In this document: piece by piece, positions 50,511-62,948 of the stretch | Layout: the number at the start of each line of letters is the position of its first letter | Position numbering within the stretch: the first letter of the stretch is position 1 | Origin: Octopus vulgaris | Taxonomy: Eukaryota | Assembly (NCBI GenBank): GCA_951406725.2 | Contig: OX597839.1 | Location: 24,366,001 to 24,430,000 of the forward strand | Direction of reading: 5' to 3' | Length of the DNA stretch: 64,000 nucleotides | Notes under the pieces: model-generated | Databases searched by the model: none | Seen by the model: only the letters and a program-made list of their open reading frames with translations | Told to the model about the DNA's origin: nothing | Made by a program: the position numbers and the translations under genes

Positions 50511-50718
50511 GGTCGATAGACAATTCGTCGACAGACAATTGGCCAACAGACATCTTACAGATTCACTCCCTTCCCTGATCTTGCTGGCCTTGGGCTAAAA
50601 TGTGAAATCATCACCAGCATTATCATTAAAGCGATGGATTGGTCAAATCATTAAAGGATTATCCAATCAGCCAATTGGACAATCGGCAAACTGTCCAATC
50701 GGACAATTGTCTGCACAC
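50511..50718. mobile_element. MULE-like non-autonomous DNA transposon with 10-bp TSD
   Basis: aggtatagag at 50501-50510 and 50719-50728; ends carry inverted agacaatt / aattgtct and reiterated gacaatt-type motifs. Confidence 0.65.
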
Positions 50719-51302
50719 AGGTATAGAGAAGCGAGGGAGGAGAGACAGGGTTATAAAAAAAGATGGAGAGAGGGACAGAGTGACAGAAAGAGAGAAAGAA
50801 GAAAATAGATAGTGGTGGAGATATATTGGGACACACCCACCCACACAGTACAGTGAGGAGTGGTGAATTATAAGTGGCACAGAGGGAATTAGTAATTAAA
50901 TTAGTTTAAATGTAATATCCTGTCAGCATTAGTCACACATCAACACTGTACACAGAGTTGCCAGATTTCAAATATCTTGATCTTTTACTTGGGCTGTGAC
51001 CATGCTGGAGCACTGCCTAGAAAAATTTTAGTCAAATGAATTGATCCCCACCTCAGTACTTTGTGTTTCTTTTAGACCTGGTACTTATTCTATTGGTTTC
51101 TTTTGCTGAACCACTAAGTTACAGAGACAGAAGCACACCAAACGCCAGTTGTCAAACACATATATATATATATATATATATATAGGTGGTGATATATATA
51201 TATATATATGGTGATATATATATACACATACACACACATTATATATAGGTGGACGTTAAACGATGATTATATAAATATAAATATATATATATATATGTAT
51301 AT

Positions 51303-51508
51303 AAAGTTAATCCAAACATGAAAGCACAAAAAGACACAACGCGAGGACGTGGAGCAAATATAGTATTATTGGACGCTCAGGAAGGAAGGGAAGAAGGGTT
51401 TTAAGTTTCGAGCGGAGCTCTTCGTCGGAAACATAGGAGAAGGAAAGATCCAGAGAAGGGAAGACAGAGGAAAAAAAAAAAATCGCCAACGGTACACACA
51501 CGGTCATA
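51303..51508 (-). mobile_element. Penelope-like retroelement terminal fragment in (TA)n
   Basis: Unique ~205-bp insert between TA microsatellites containing a minimal hammerhead-like motif. Confidence 0.55.
51397..51433 (-). ncRNA. Degenerate minimal type I hammerhead ribozyme motif
   Basis: Minus strand gttt-CCGACGA-a-gagc-tcc-gctc-GAAA-c-TTA-aaac: stem I gttt/aaac, stem II gagc/gctc; core deviates (U4 to C) and stem III is vestigial. Confidence 0.5.
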
Positions 51509-51843
51509 CATATATGTGTGTGTATATATATATATATATACACACACACACAACCACATTACACATAGGTGGAAACAAATAAAAGAATAAAAGAAATGTG
51601 TGTGTGTCTGTGTGTGTTTGTCTCTCCCCCATCCCATATCACTTGACAACAATGTGGGTTTAGGTCCCTGCAGCTAAGAAATTTGGCAAAAAAGACCTAT
51701 AAAATTAAGTACGGGGTGGAGGGGGTTTATATAGAAAAAAATAGTCCTGGGATGAATTTGCTCAACTAAAACCTTACAAAGCAGTATCCCAGTATGGTCG
51801 CAGTCAAATATATATATAAATATATATATACATAATGCATGTA

Positions 51844-52245
51844 GGTGCAGGAATGGCTGTGTGGTAAATAGCTTGCTTACCAACCACATAGTTCCGGGTT
51901 CAGTCCCACTGCGTGGCACCTTGGGCAAGTGTCTTCTGCTATAGCCCCGGGCCGACCAATGCCTTGTGAGTGGATCTGGTAGACGGAAACTGAAAGAAGC
52001 CTGTCGTATGTATGTATATATATACATGCGTGTGTGTTTGTGTGTCTGTGTTTGTCACCTTAGCATTGCTTGACAACCGATGCTGGTGTGTTTACGTCCC
52101 CGTCACTTAGCGGTTCGGCAAAAGAACCGATAGAATAAGTAGTGGGCTTACAAAGAATAAGTCCCGGGGTCGATTTGGTCGACTAAAGGCGGTGCTCCAG
52201 CATGGCCGCAGTCAAAATGACTGAAACAAGAGTAAGAGAAAAGAG
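51844..52245 (+). mobile_element. SINE family A, full-length
   Basis: Complete head, microsatellite and tail. Confidence 0.9.
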
Positions 52246-52916
52246 TATATATATAAGCAGACAAAATAGGAGAAATGAGGAGAGAGAAGATTAAAGGGAG
52301 GTTTTGAAGGGGACAGATGCAGATCTGAAATCAACAGAAAGGAAGGAGGGGGAAAGGGAGGATGAGGAAGGAGGGAGCAGGGGGAGAAGTAGATGGTACT
52401 GAAAGATAAGGTTGACTTCCAGAGCAAGACATCAGCTCAGATATGACAAGTGTTGTGTGATAAACACCCTATTTATAGTCACTGCGTGTGGGTACGTGCC
52501 AGTTGCATATGAAGGGAACTTCTCACACACACACACACACACACACACACATTAGTAGTGTTCACTTCATACCACAACTTTCTCTCAAAGAGAGAAATGT
52601 GTGAGGGGAGGGGGAAATACATTTTAACCTTCTTCTTCTTTTTCTAATACTCTTTGCCTCATTAGTAGCAAATTGCGTTTAGAAGTTCACAGCATCCAAG
52701 ATACTGCACGTAAACTTTTTACAAAAACATACATCAGAGGCAGAGTTTTGAAGACAGCTGCACTCCGAAGTCCCATACTTCATAGAAAAGTAAAGGGTGC
52801 AGAACTGGGGATGGGGTAAGTAGAAAAAAAAAAAGAAAAAAAATTGAATTTTGGTGTGAGTGTGGGGGTCTTTTTCAGAATTGAAATTTCTTCTGTCTGA
52901 AACAGAAATACTTTAA

Positions 52917-53135
52917 CCCTTTAGTGTTCAGATTATTCTATCAAACATAATGCTTATTGATTCCCATTGATTTGAATTAATCATGCATTATCTCATATCT
53001 TCAAGATCTTGATGGTGTAATTACCTAATGTAGATTAACATTGTAGGGTAGGTGTGAGAGCCTGGATCTGGTCAGTTTGAACATAAAACAGATTAATTAT
53101 TTTGGCCAGATATGGCCGGTTTAAATACTAAAGGG
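52917..53135. mobile_element. piggyBac-like MITE family F, complete (219 bp), inverted relative to 44935
   Basis: TTAA at 52913-52916 and 53136-53139; CCCTTTAG TIRs. Confidence 0.9.
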
Positions 53136-53269
53136 TTAAAGAAACAAAGCAAAAATAATAAAACATGGGACTATCCCCTCTTTTTTCCTGAGACTTAGAA
53201 GGGCAGCTAGGTTCCACCAACCACGTGGATGTTGTTGACAATATTTGGGCTAAAACATGTCTTTGTAAT

Positions 53270-53688
53270 TTTTGGCACAAGACCATCAAGTTTGAAGGGA
53301 GAACTAAATCAATTACATTGACCCCCAGTACATAACTTGTACTACTTTATCGACCCTGAAAGGGATGAAAGGCAAAGTTGACCTTGGGGTGAATTTGAAC
53401 TCAGAAAAATAAAGTTGGAAGAGATGATGGTTACCATTTTGGTCTGACATGCTAATGATTCTCACAACTTGCCGCCTTAATTACTAATGAAATTAATGGC
53501 TTCAAGTTTTGGCACAAGGCCGGCAGTTTTTTTTTTTGGGGGGGGGGGCATTACATTGACACCAGTAGTTAACTGGTACTTATTTTATCAACCTCAGTGG
53601 CATTTGAACTCAGAACTTAAAGATGGATGAAATGTCATTAAGTATTTTGTTTCACATACTAACGATTCTGCCAGCTCACCACCTTAAC

Positions 53689-53726
<38 letters not shown>

Positions 53727-54322
53727 TAACTGAAGCACTCAGAGAGCACAAACCTCCACCCAGGCAACATCAATGTCCTCTCAACGATTAGCCAGAGATG
53801 ATTTTTAAAATGAGTATGTCTGAAATAAACTCAACTGCTCTCACAAACACGAGAATAGTAAAGATGAACCTGAACTGCTCTCCAAAATTAAGTAAAAAAA
53901 AACAGGAAAAATAATTCAGAATCCTTGTCCTGTACCAGATTGATCCCAAAATATAATCAGTTTGTGCCAGTCACAAGGTCAAACATCCCTGGAAGTTTCA
54001 TCCGAATCCATCCAGCGGTTCTTGAGATCTTGTCCATGGACAAACAAACACAACTGAAAACAATACCTCCACCTTAGCGAAGGCAGAGATGATAATAATA
54101 ATAATAACAATTCTTTCTATTATAGGTACAAGGCCTGAAATTTTAGGAGAGGGGACTAGTCGATTACTTCAACCCCAGTATTTCACTGGTACTTAATTTA
54201 TCAACCCTGAAAGGATAAAAGGCGAAGTTGACCTCAGTGGAATTTGAACTCAGAACGTAAAGATCGAAGTGCTGCTAAGCATTCCAACCGGTGTGCTAAC
54301 GATTCTGCCAGCTTGCTACCTT
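53270..54322 (-). mobile_element. Chain of three SINE family B copies (with a Helentron-like insert between the second and third)
   Basis: B bodies at ~53270-53480, ~53500-53685 and ~54110-54322. Confidence 0.8.
53732..54092 (-). mobile_element. Helentron/DINE-1-like non-autonomous element
   Basis: Reverse complement of 28311-28677. Confidence 0.75.
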
Positions 54323-54849
54323 TTCCACTCACCAGATCCAATATCTCACACGGACGTAGTTTTCCATGCTAATTGCAAAAAAAGACCATAACCATTTTTA
54401 GGAGACATAAAAAAAAAAACAATAAAAAAAAAAATTAAACAAACTCCATTATGGACCATTGAAGATTCCAATTGGTTGTGATTTCAGCCAATCAAACGCA
54501 GCCATTTTCAACACACTGACAGTCGATTATGAATGGCCAAGTGGAGAATTGGAGAAGCTGTCTGTGGGAAAATATGAGCGTCATCACAGAGGATGGAATG
54601 AGATGTGGAGAGGAAGGGATGGAGGGTGTTGTAAATTAGCATGAGAAACTACATCTGGGTAGAAATTTTCAAAGAAATCAAATCCAAGATTATTCTTTTT
54701 TCCAGTTTTTCCAAAATAATTATGATTTTGTGCTTGTTTCATTTAGGTGTTGGAACATTATTATTGTGGACTGTCCTTGTGATGTCCCCTTCATTTATGC
54801 CGCTGTGGCACAAAGAAATCTCATAATTATTATTATCTTTTTCTTTTTT

Positions 54850-55051
54850 CCTTTTTACTTGTTTCAGTTATTTGACTGCGGCCATGCTGGAGCACCGCCT
54901 TTAGTCGAGCAAATCGACCCCGGGACTTATTCTTTGTAAACCCAATACTTATTCTATCGGTCTCTTTTGCCGAACCACTAAGTGACGGGGACATAAACAC
55001 ACCAGCATCGGTTGTCAAGCAATGCTAAGGGGGACAAACACAGACATAGAA

Positions 55052-55086
<35 letters not shown>

Positions 55087-55257
55087 CATATATACGATGG
55101 GCTTCTTTCAGTTTCCGTCTACCAAATCCACTCACAAGGCCCCGGTCGGCCCGGGGCTATAGCAGAAGACACTTGCCCAAGATGCCACGCAGTGGAACTG
55201 AACCCGGAACCATGTGGTTGGTTAGCAAGCTACTTACCACACAGCCACTCCTGCGCC
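54850..55257 (-). mobile_element. SINE family A, young full-length
   Basis: Reverse complement of the consensus. Confidence 0.9.
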
Positions 55258-55419
55258 TATTATTATCATCACCATCATCGTTAAGGTGGTGAGCTGGCAG
55301 ATTCATTAGCACACCAGGCAAAATGCTTAGCGGTATTTTGCTCTTCACTATGCTCCGAGTTCAAATTCTACCAAGGTCGACCTTGCCTTTCAGGGTCAAT
55401 AAATTAAGTCCCAGTGTGT

Positions 55420-55646
55420 TGTGGTGAGAGTCAATGACACTCCTGTGGGGACTGACTTCCGTTGGAAGTTAATATTATTTCATATCCTGCCCCAGATTGG
55501 TAGAGGTTTAAATAACTGTGTTCACATGGCATACTTCGGAAGACTAACAAAACACACTCTGCAACTACTACTGACTCATACTCTTTATAAGAGTTTGGCG
55601 AGTCCATTCTTCCAATCCACCAGGGGTGTCAATGACTCTTGCCACA
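55420..55646. mobile_element. Unclassified MITE with ~26-bp TIRs inserted in a SINE B (55284-55720)
   Basis: tgtggtgagagtcaatgacactcctg / caggggtgtcaatgactcttgccaca; SINE B resumes ctggggttgatgtaatc. Confidence 0.7.
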
Positions 55647-55904
55647 CTGGGGTTGATGTAATCAATTCGTCACCTCTCCCAAAATTTCCGGCCTTGTGCC
55701 TTCAGTAGAAAGGATTATTAGCTACCTTGGAAGTTAGACAGTGGTCTTTTTGATGCAATTTACAAGAATTCTCATGGACTAAAGGTGATTTCAACTGACA
55801 AGAATCATTTCAAGAAAATGGAAAAACGAAATGGTGGGCAGAGTTCAAATTATATATTCATGTTTTCATGATAAAGTAATCACACACACACAAATATATA
55901 TATA

Positions 55905-56133
55905 TATTTCTTTACTACCCACAAGGGGCTAAACACAGAGGGGACAAACAAGGACAGACAAAGGGATTAAGTCGATTACATCGACCCCAGTGCGTAACTG
56001 GTACTTAATTTATCGACTCCGAAAGGATGAAAGGCAAAGTCGACCTCGGCGGAATTTGAACTCGGAACGCAACGACAGACGAAATACGGCTACGAATTTC
56101 GCCCGGCGTGCTAACGTTTCTACCAGCTCACCG

Positions 56134-56136
<3 letters not shown>
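55905..56136 (-). mobile_element. SINE family B, young full-length, in (TA)n
   Basis: Close match to the 28067 copy. Confidence 0.9.
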
Positions 56137-56172
<36 letters not shown>

Positions 56173-56993
56173 TGCACACACACAGACAAGCACGTGATGA
56201 TCCACAAACACACACGCATAGACACACTTTGTGTTTTTGCCATTACAGAGGCCACAGAGTCTTGGAAAGTAGCAAAAGATTTGCCAAAGTAAGGCAGCAA
56301 GCAAAAACGATAACAGAAAAAAAAAAAATGCAGATAAACAAACGCTCACACTGTGTGGGCCGGTGATAAGTAGAAGCGATAAGTAGAGAGATGATGATGA
56401 TGATGATGATGATGTGATGGGTGGGCAACAGAAGAGGCGGAGTGGGAGGAAGGGGAGGGAAGAGAAAAGAATGTTGCCACCAAGGAACCAAACATGAATG
56501 CCCCCACCCCGGGGCTGGGTTGGGCCAGTGGGTGTAGAGAGATATTATTAATATATTGGGTTTATTTGGGCCATGCCCAGCCGAGCAAAGGTTTCTCATT
56601 GTTTTAACGAAGGAAGAGTGGTAGTAGTGGCTAGGAGTTTTTTTGTTTGTTTTTTTTCTCCCCCTTTTTTTTTTAATTACAAAACAGGCAATTAAGCAGA
56701 GCATATTATCTTAGCAGTTAAAAGTCACTTCCTGATTAAGCTATCATGCCATTTTAAAATTTGGGTCTTTTTTTTTTTTCTTTCTATCTATCTATCTATC
56801 AATTTCCTCCTGTTTTTATGATATTCTAAGTCTACAACAGCCCATCCCCCCACCCCGGGTGTATTATCAGCAACATCTTTACTGCCAAAGCAGACTTCCT
56901 CTGTGATCAACTTGGCTGCAAGGAACTCAGAAGTGAAAATAGACAAAAAGAACAAAAACCAAATAAAAAAAAAAAAACTACAAACATTACATA

Positions 56994-57156
56994 GGCGCAG
57001 GAGTGGCTGTGTGGTAAGTAGCTTGCTAACCAACCATAAGGTTCCGGGTTCAGTCCCACTGCGTGGCATCTTGGGCAAGTGTCTTCTGCTATAGCCCCGG
57101 GCTGACCAATGCCTTGCGAGTGGATTTGGTAGACGGAAACTGAAAGAAGCCTGTCG

Positions 57157-57189
<33 letters not shown>

Positions 57190-57395
57190 GAGTGTGTCTG
57201 TGTTTGTCCCCCTAGCATTGCTTGACAACCGATGCTGGTGTGTTTACGTCCCCGTCACTTAGTGGTTTGGCAAAACAGACCGATAGAATAAGTACTAGGC
57301 TTACAAAGAATAAGTCCCGAGGTCGATTTGCTCGACTAAAGGTGGTGCTCCAGCATGGCCGCAGTCAAATGACTGAAACAGATAAAAGAGCAAGA
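56994..57395 (+). mobile_element. SINE family A, young full-length
   Basis: Complete. Confidence 0.9.
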
Positions 57396-57441
57396 GTAAA
57401 CATTAGCAGCCCTAACTATGATGGCTACCATTTATTAGGCA

Positions 57442-57760
57442 ATCATCATCATCATTTACTGTCCATTTTCCTTGCTGGCATGAGTTGGACGGTTTGTCAG
57501 GAACTGGAAAGGCCAGCAGGGCCCATTGTCTGCTTTGGTAGGGTTTCTACAGCTGGATGCCCTTCTTAATGCCATCCACTATACAGACTGTACTGGGTGC
57601 TTTTTATAGGACACCAGCATGCAAGTTTTTTAGGAAGCACCTGCACAGGTGCTCTATACGTGGCACCTGCATGGGCACTTTTTGTGTGGCACTAGCATGG
57701 GTGATTTTTTTCACATGGTGTTAGCACAGGTGATTTTTACGTGGCACCAGCATGGGTGAT
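57442..57760 (-). mobile_element. Degenerate SINE family D with array of short (~27-bp) modules
   Basis: ggtgctttttatgtggcaccagcatg-like unit repeated about 6 times at 57595-57760. Confidence 0.65.
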
Positions 57761-58273
57761 GTACAGTGTATTGTAAATCCACCACCATCATCATCAAGTC
57801 AGGGACATTACAGTCTCAAGTCGTAGAACTCAAGGGACCAGCTACCTACTTTCTACAGCAAACCGAAATCACAACAACCCCTCCCCCACCAACCTGAAGC
57901 CAGTTTGTCACAGGGTGGTCACTCATTTACAGCTGAGGGGATTAGAGTAAGGTGAAATGGAGTGTTTTGCTCAAGAACACAAGCACTGTCCCCAGTCCAG
58001 GATATGGCTGGACTGGGATAGAGATTGATCAAGAGCCTGCAAGATTTGGATTGACCTAGGGCTAAATAAACCACAAATATCCAAACATTTAAATATCCAG
58101 TTCTTAGGAGATTTTCTCTAATGAAAATATAGCCAAATATCGCAGAAAATACCATAAGGCAAGAACTCCAGCTAGGCCTGATGCAAAATGGCTGAAATGG
58201 AAACTAAAGACCAATAGACAGAAAAACGCCATTCGAAAGAAATATGAATATGAAAAACATTCCCTCATACATA

Positions 58274-59010
58274 GGCGTAGGAGTGGCTGTGTGGTAAGTA
58301 GCTTGCTTACGAACCACATGGTTCCAGGTTCAGTCCCACTGTGTGGCACCTTAAGCAAGTGTCTTCTACTATAACCTCGGGCCGACCAAAGCCTAGTGAG
58401 TGGATTTGGTAGACAGAAACTGAAAGAAGCCCGTCGTGTGTGTGCGTCTGTGTTTGTCCCTCCAACATTGCTTGACAACCGATGCAAAAGAGACCGATAA
58501 GTACTACGTTTACAAAGTATAAGTTCTGGGGTCAATTTGCTTGACTAAAGGCGGTGCTCCAACATGGCCACAGTCAAATGACTGAAACAAAGTAAAAGTA
58601 AAAGAGTATGCATATACACATGGCTGTGTGATAAGAAGCTTGATTTTCAACCACATGGTTCTGGGTTCAGTCCCACTACATGGCACATTGGGCAAGTGTC
58701 TTCTACTATAGCCTCGGGCTGACCAAAGATTCGTGAGTGGATTTGGTAGACAGAAGCTGAAAGAAGCTCATCATATGTATGTATGTGTGTGTGTGTGTGT
58801 GTGTTTATTTTTGTGTTTGTACTTGACCCACTCCATCGCTGGACAAACAATGTTGGTATGTTTACATCCCCATAACTTAGCATTTCAACAAAAGAGACCG
58901 ATAGAATAAGTGCTAGTCTTGCAAAAAATAGGTCCTGAGGTCAATTTGTTCGACTTGAGGTGGTGCTCCAGCATGGCCAAAGTCAAATGACTGAAACAAG
59001 TAAAAGAATA
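58274..59010 (+). mobile_element. Two SINE family A copies in tandem
   Basis: Heads at 58274 and ~58620. Confidence 0.85.
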
Positions 59011-59918
59011 ACAGAATATACATACATACACACACACATGCTTACATATACATAGATGTGTATGAATTTTTATCACACACACACACACCACACATACACG
59101 TACATATATCACTGTTCATTAACAAACAGTAAGAGATCCTCCCCCCTCCGCCCTTTTTGCAATATGTCGGTGTTGTTGTTACAAGCCAAGTTTCACAAGA
59201 GAACCATTCACCATCAGATGTCAACAGCAGAGTTAAGAACTGTCTCATTATTGTGATGCAAAAATATTGCAGCCGCTGTTTCATTGTAAATGGATTCATG
59301 TGGAATAATAGATTTACCGAATTCCTGCAGCTTCCTCCTTCAACTCATCTACTACAAGAGCAAGGATTTCATTGCCGCCATTAAATTTTTCATGGTCTTT
59401 TAGCATGCTGGAATCAGTTCCAATGACTGCTCCAGAATTCGTCATCATCATCAACGATGATGATGATGGCGATTACACATCCCTTAAGGAATTAATCATC
59501 GCCTTCTGTCTGATAGCTTTTCATTATCCATCACGAAATTCTTGGCAACAATATTCATTACTCTCTCTATCTCTCGCCTTCCCTCACCAATATCTTCTCG
59601 AAATGTTGTATGGAGAGTAGAGACATCACACACAAGCCTCTGTTTATATTATAACTCCCGTTTGTAAAACACGTTCCGATATACAAACAGCGGTAATTTT
59701 GTGTACCCGGTTTGTTTGTATATTCTATGTATTAATTTTCGTGACTTCTTTATCAAACACATCCCGTTTCTTGCTATCCAATTTCAAATGTACCACTGCA
59801 CAAAAATACTATTAACAAAAACTTATATTCATATGTTTAACTGCGTCATGTTATCATCTTTGTTGCAAACGTTTGTTTTGAGGGTCATGAACAGAAAGAT
59901 GAGAAGGAAGATGCGCAA

Positions 59919-59980
<62 letters not shown>

Positions 59981-60079
59981 TAGATACAAATTTCGTACAG
60001 CCTTACAAGTCTATTGTGTAGAGAGGGTGAGAGAGAAAGGGTTCATGTACTGAGGAAAAGGCATGCATATACACATTGA

Positions 60080-60500
60080 TATAGATAAGATGAGAGAGAT
60101 AAGATGAGAGAGATATAGAGAGAGATAAGATGAGAGAGAAGAGAGAGAGAGATAAGAGAGAGAGAGATAAGAGAGAGAGCATGATGAGATAAGAGAGAGA
60201 GAGATGAGAGAGAGTGATAAGGAGAGATATCTAAGATGAGAGAGAAGAGAGAGAGATAAGATGAGAGAGAAGAGAGAGAGATAAGATGAGAGAGAAGAGA
60301 GAAAGATCTAAGATGAGAGAGAAGAGAGAGATAAGATGAGAGAAGAGAGAGAGAGATAAGAGAGAGTGATAAGGTGAGATATCTAAGATGAGAGAGAGAC
60401 AAGATGATGAGAGAGAGACAAGATGATGAGAGAGAGACAGACACAGATGAGAGTGATGAGAGAGAGAGATGAGACAGAGAGAACGATAGATAGCTAGATA
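60080..60500. repeat. GA-rich minisatellite (gagagataagatga variants)
   Basis: Directly visible. Confidence 0.9.
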
Positions 60501-60724
60501 GAGACAGACACACAAACAAACGAGATAGCCATAAGATCTTTGTTGTTTTAATGTCCACTTTCGCATGCTGACCAGAGGTGGGATAGAGTTTATTATCATA
60601 GCAGATTCTCTACAACTAGATGCTTCACCTGTTATCAACCCTCACCTGTTTCCAAGCAAGGTAATATTTCTCTGTGGCCAAACGTACTTACGCAGAAAAC
60701 ATCCTCACACAGATGCACACGTAC

Positions 60725-61175
60725 GATGGGCTCCATTCAGTTTCCAGCTACCAAATCTCCTCATGAGACTTTGATAGGCCTGTGACCATAAAGAGACTTG
60801 CCCAAGACACTGAACCCAAAGTGTGATGTGGTTCAGAAGCAAACTTCCTAGCCACACAGCCACCAATGTTACACATGTATTGGTGCAGGCGTGGCTGTGT
60901 GGTAAGAAGCTTGCTTACCAACCACATGGTTCTGTGTCACCTTGAGCAAGTATCTTTTACTATAGCCTCAGGCCGACCAAAGCCTTGTGGGTGGATTTGG
61001 TAGGCAGAAACTGAAAGAAGCTCATCATACGTGTGTGTGCACACAAGCACAGAAAAGTCCACTCACGAGGTTTTAGTTGGCCCAAGTAGAAGACATCTGC
61101 CGAAGGTGCCATGCAGTTGGACTGAACCTGGAACCATGTGGTTGGGAAGCAAGTTTCTTAGCACACAGCCACACC
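60725..61175. mobile_element. Three SINE A head fragments in alternating orientation (-,+,-)
   Basis: Family A head motifs on both strands. Confidence 0.7.
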
Positions 61176-61365
61176 AGTGCCTCTACTATGGTGATATATC
61201 AACAGTACAGAGTACAGTAATGACGGATATCATAAGAGTACAGAGTAGAGTACAGATATTGGTAGCACCAGCAAAATGTACAGAAGCCTGTAGTGATGTA
61301 CAGACAAATGGTACGTTTAGTATGTGAAAGGGATAAACAGTCAAATGAATAGTTTGCATCAGCAG

Positions 61366-61397
<32 letters not shown>

Positions 61398-61556
61398 GTG
61401 AGAGAGAGAAAGGTAAGAGAGTGGATAAGATTTCAAACTGACACTGTAGACATTATGGACAGCGCATAGATATTAGGTGAGGTTGGTGGAATTCCTCACT
61501 ACATTGAAATGTTAGACAACATGTCTGTGACAAGTGGGGAGGGAGGTGGCAGAAGA

Positions 61557-61593
<37 letters not shown>

Positions 61594-62147
61594 CATACTG
61601 GAATGAATGTGAGCATAAAATAACAAGGGTGTAAATTTTTGAGTTGATGTGTAGAGATATGAAATTCAGTCTATAACTGAGCAGACAAACATGTCAGAAT
61701 GCTTATATGGATGTGTGTATATATGTATGTGTATAGACATGTATGTGTGAGACAGAGAGAGAGAGAACATGTTGGAGGAATGTTGCCACATTAAAACACA
61801 TGCAGAGGAAAGCCTGTCTTTGCGTCTTTGTGTCCTACATGAATACATTATACTGGTGCACCACATGCATATAATATACATATAGAAAATACCCATGCTG
61901 GGGCCATGTAATGTGAAGTGGTTGGTGTCAGGAAGAGCATCCAGCTGTAGAAAACCATGCCAAAACAACCAATTGGAGCCTGGTGGAGGGCTCTGGCTTG
62001 CCAGCCCCTGTCAAACCATCCAACCCCTTGCCAGCATGGAAAACGGATGTTAAATGGTGATTTATTTATATATATATATATATATACACATATATAAACA
62101 GCTAATTTAGTTATTACTCTGTAGATTGAAAAAAATGAACAGCCTTA

Positions 62148-62530
62148 GGTGTAGGTGTGGCTGTGTGGTAAGAAGCTTGCTTCCCAACCACATAGTTCCA
62201 GGTTCAGTCCCACTGCATGGCACCTTGGGCAAGTGTCTTTTACTACAGCTTCAGGCCAACCAAAGATTTGAGTGGATTTGATAGACAGGCCGTATACATA
62301 CACATATATATATATTTGTGTGTCTGTGTTTGTTCCCCCCACCACCACCACCACCATTGCTTGACAACTGATGCTGGTGTGTTTATGTCCCCATGGCTTA
62401 GTGGTTTGGCAAAAGAGACCAATAAAATAAGTGCTAGGATTACAAACAATAAGTCCTGGTGTCGGTTCGTTTGACTAAATGCAGTGCTCCAGCATTGCCG
62501 CAGACAAATGGCTGAAGCAAGTAAAACAAT
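62148..62530 (+). mobile_element. SINE family A, diverged
   Basis: Family A motifs. Confidence 0.8.
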
Positions 62531-62540
62531 AACCTTAATT

Positions 62541-62948
62541 CATCATCATCATCGTTTAGCGTCTGCTTTCCATGCTAGCATGGGTTGGATGGTTCATCTG
62601 GGGTCTGGGAAGCCAGAAGGCTGCACCAGGCCCAGTCTGATCTGGCAATGTTTCTACGGCTGGATGCCCTTCCTAACACTAACCACTCCGTGAGTGTAGT
62701 GCGTGCTTTTTACGTGCCAGACAAGGCTGGCAAATGGCCACGATCGGATGGCGCTTTTTACGTGCCACCGGCACGGGGGCCAAGCGAGGCTGGCAACGGC
62801 CACGATCAGATGGTGCATTTTACGTGCCACTGGCACTAGGCCAGTCAGGGCAGCGCTGGCAACGGCCACATTCGGATGGTTCTCTTACGTGCCACCGGCA
62901 CTGGTATCACAGCTGCAATTTCCATTGATGTTGATCAATTTCGATTTG
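62541..62948 (-). mobile_element. SINE family D with tandem modules; same 5' segment as the 4473 copy
   Basis: Shares actggta.caca...ttccattgatgtt.atc.attt.gatttg with 4847-4897. Confidence 0.85.

Noticed and set aside
59150-59900. Unique-sequence ORFs of 66-85 aa and a catcatcatc/gatgatgatg hairpin
   Set aside because: No homology recognisable by eye; the hairpin is just opposed trinucleotide repeats.
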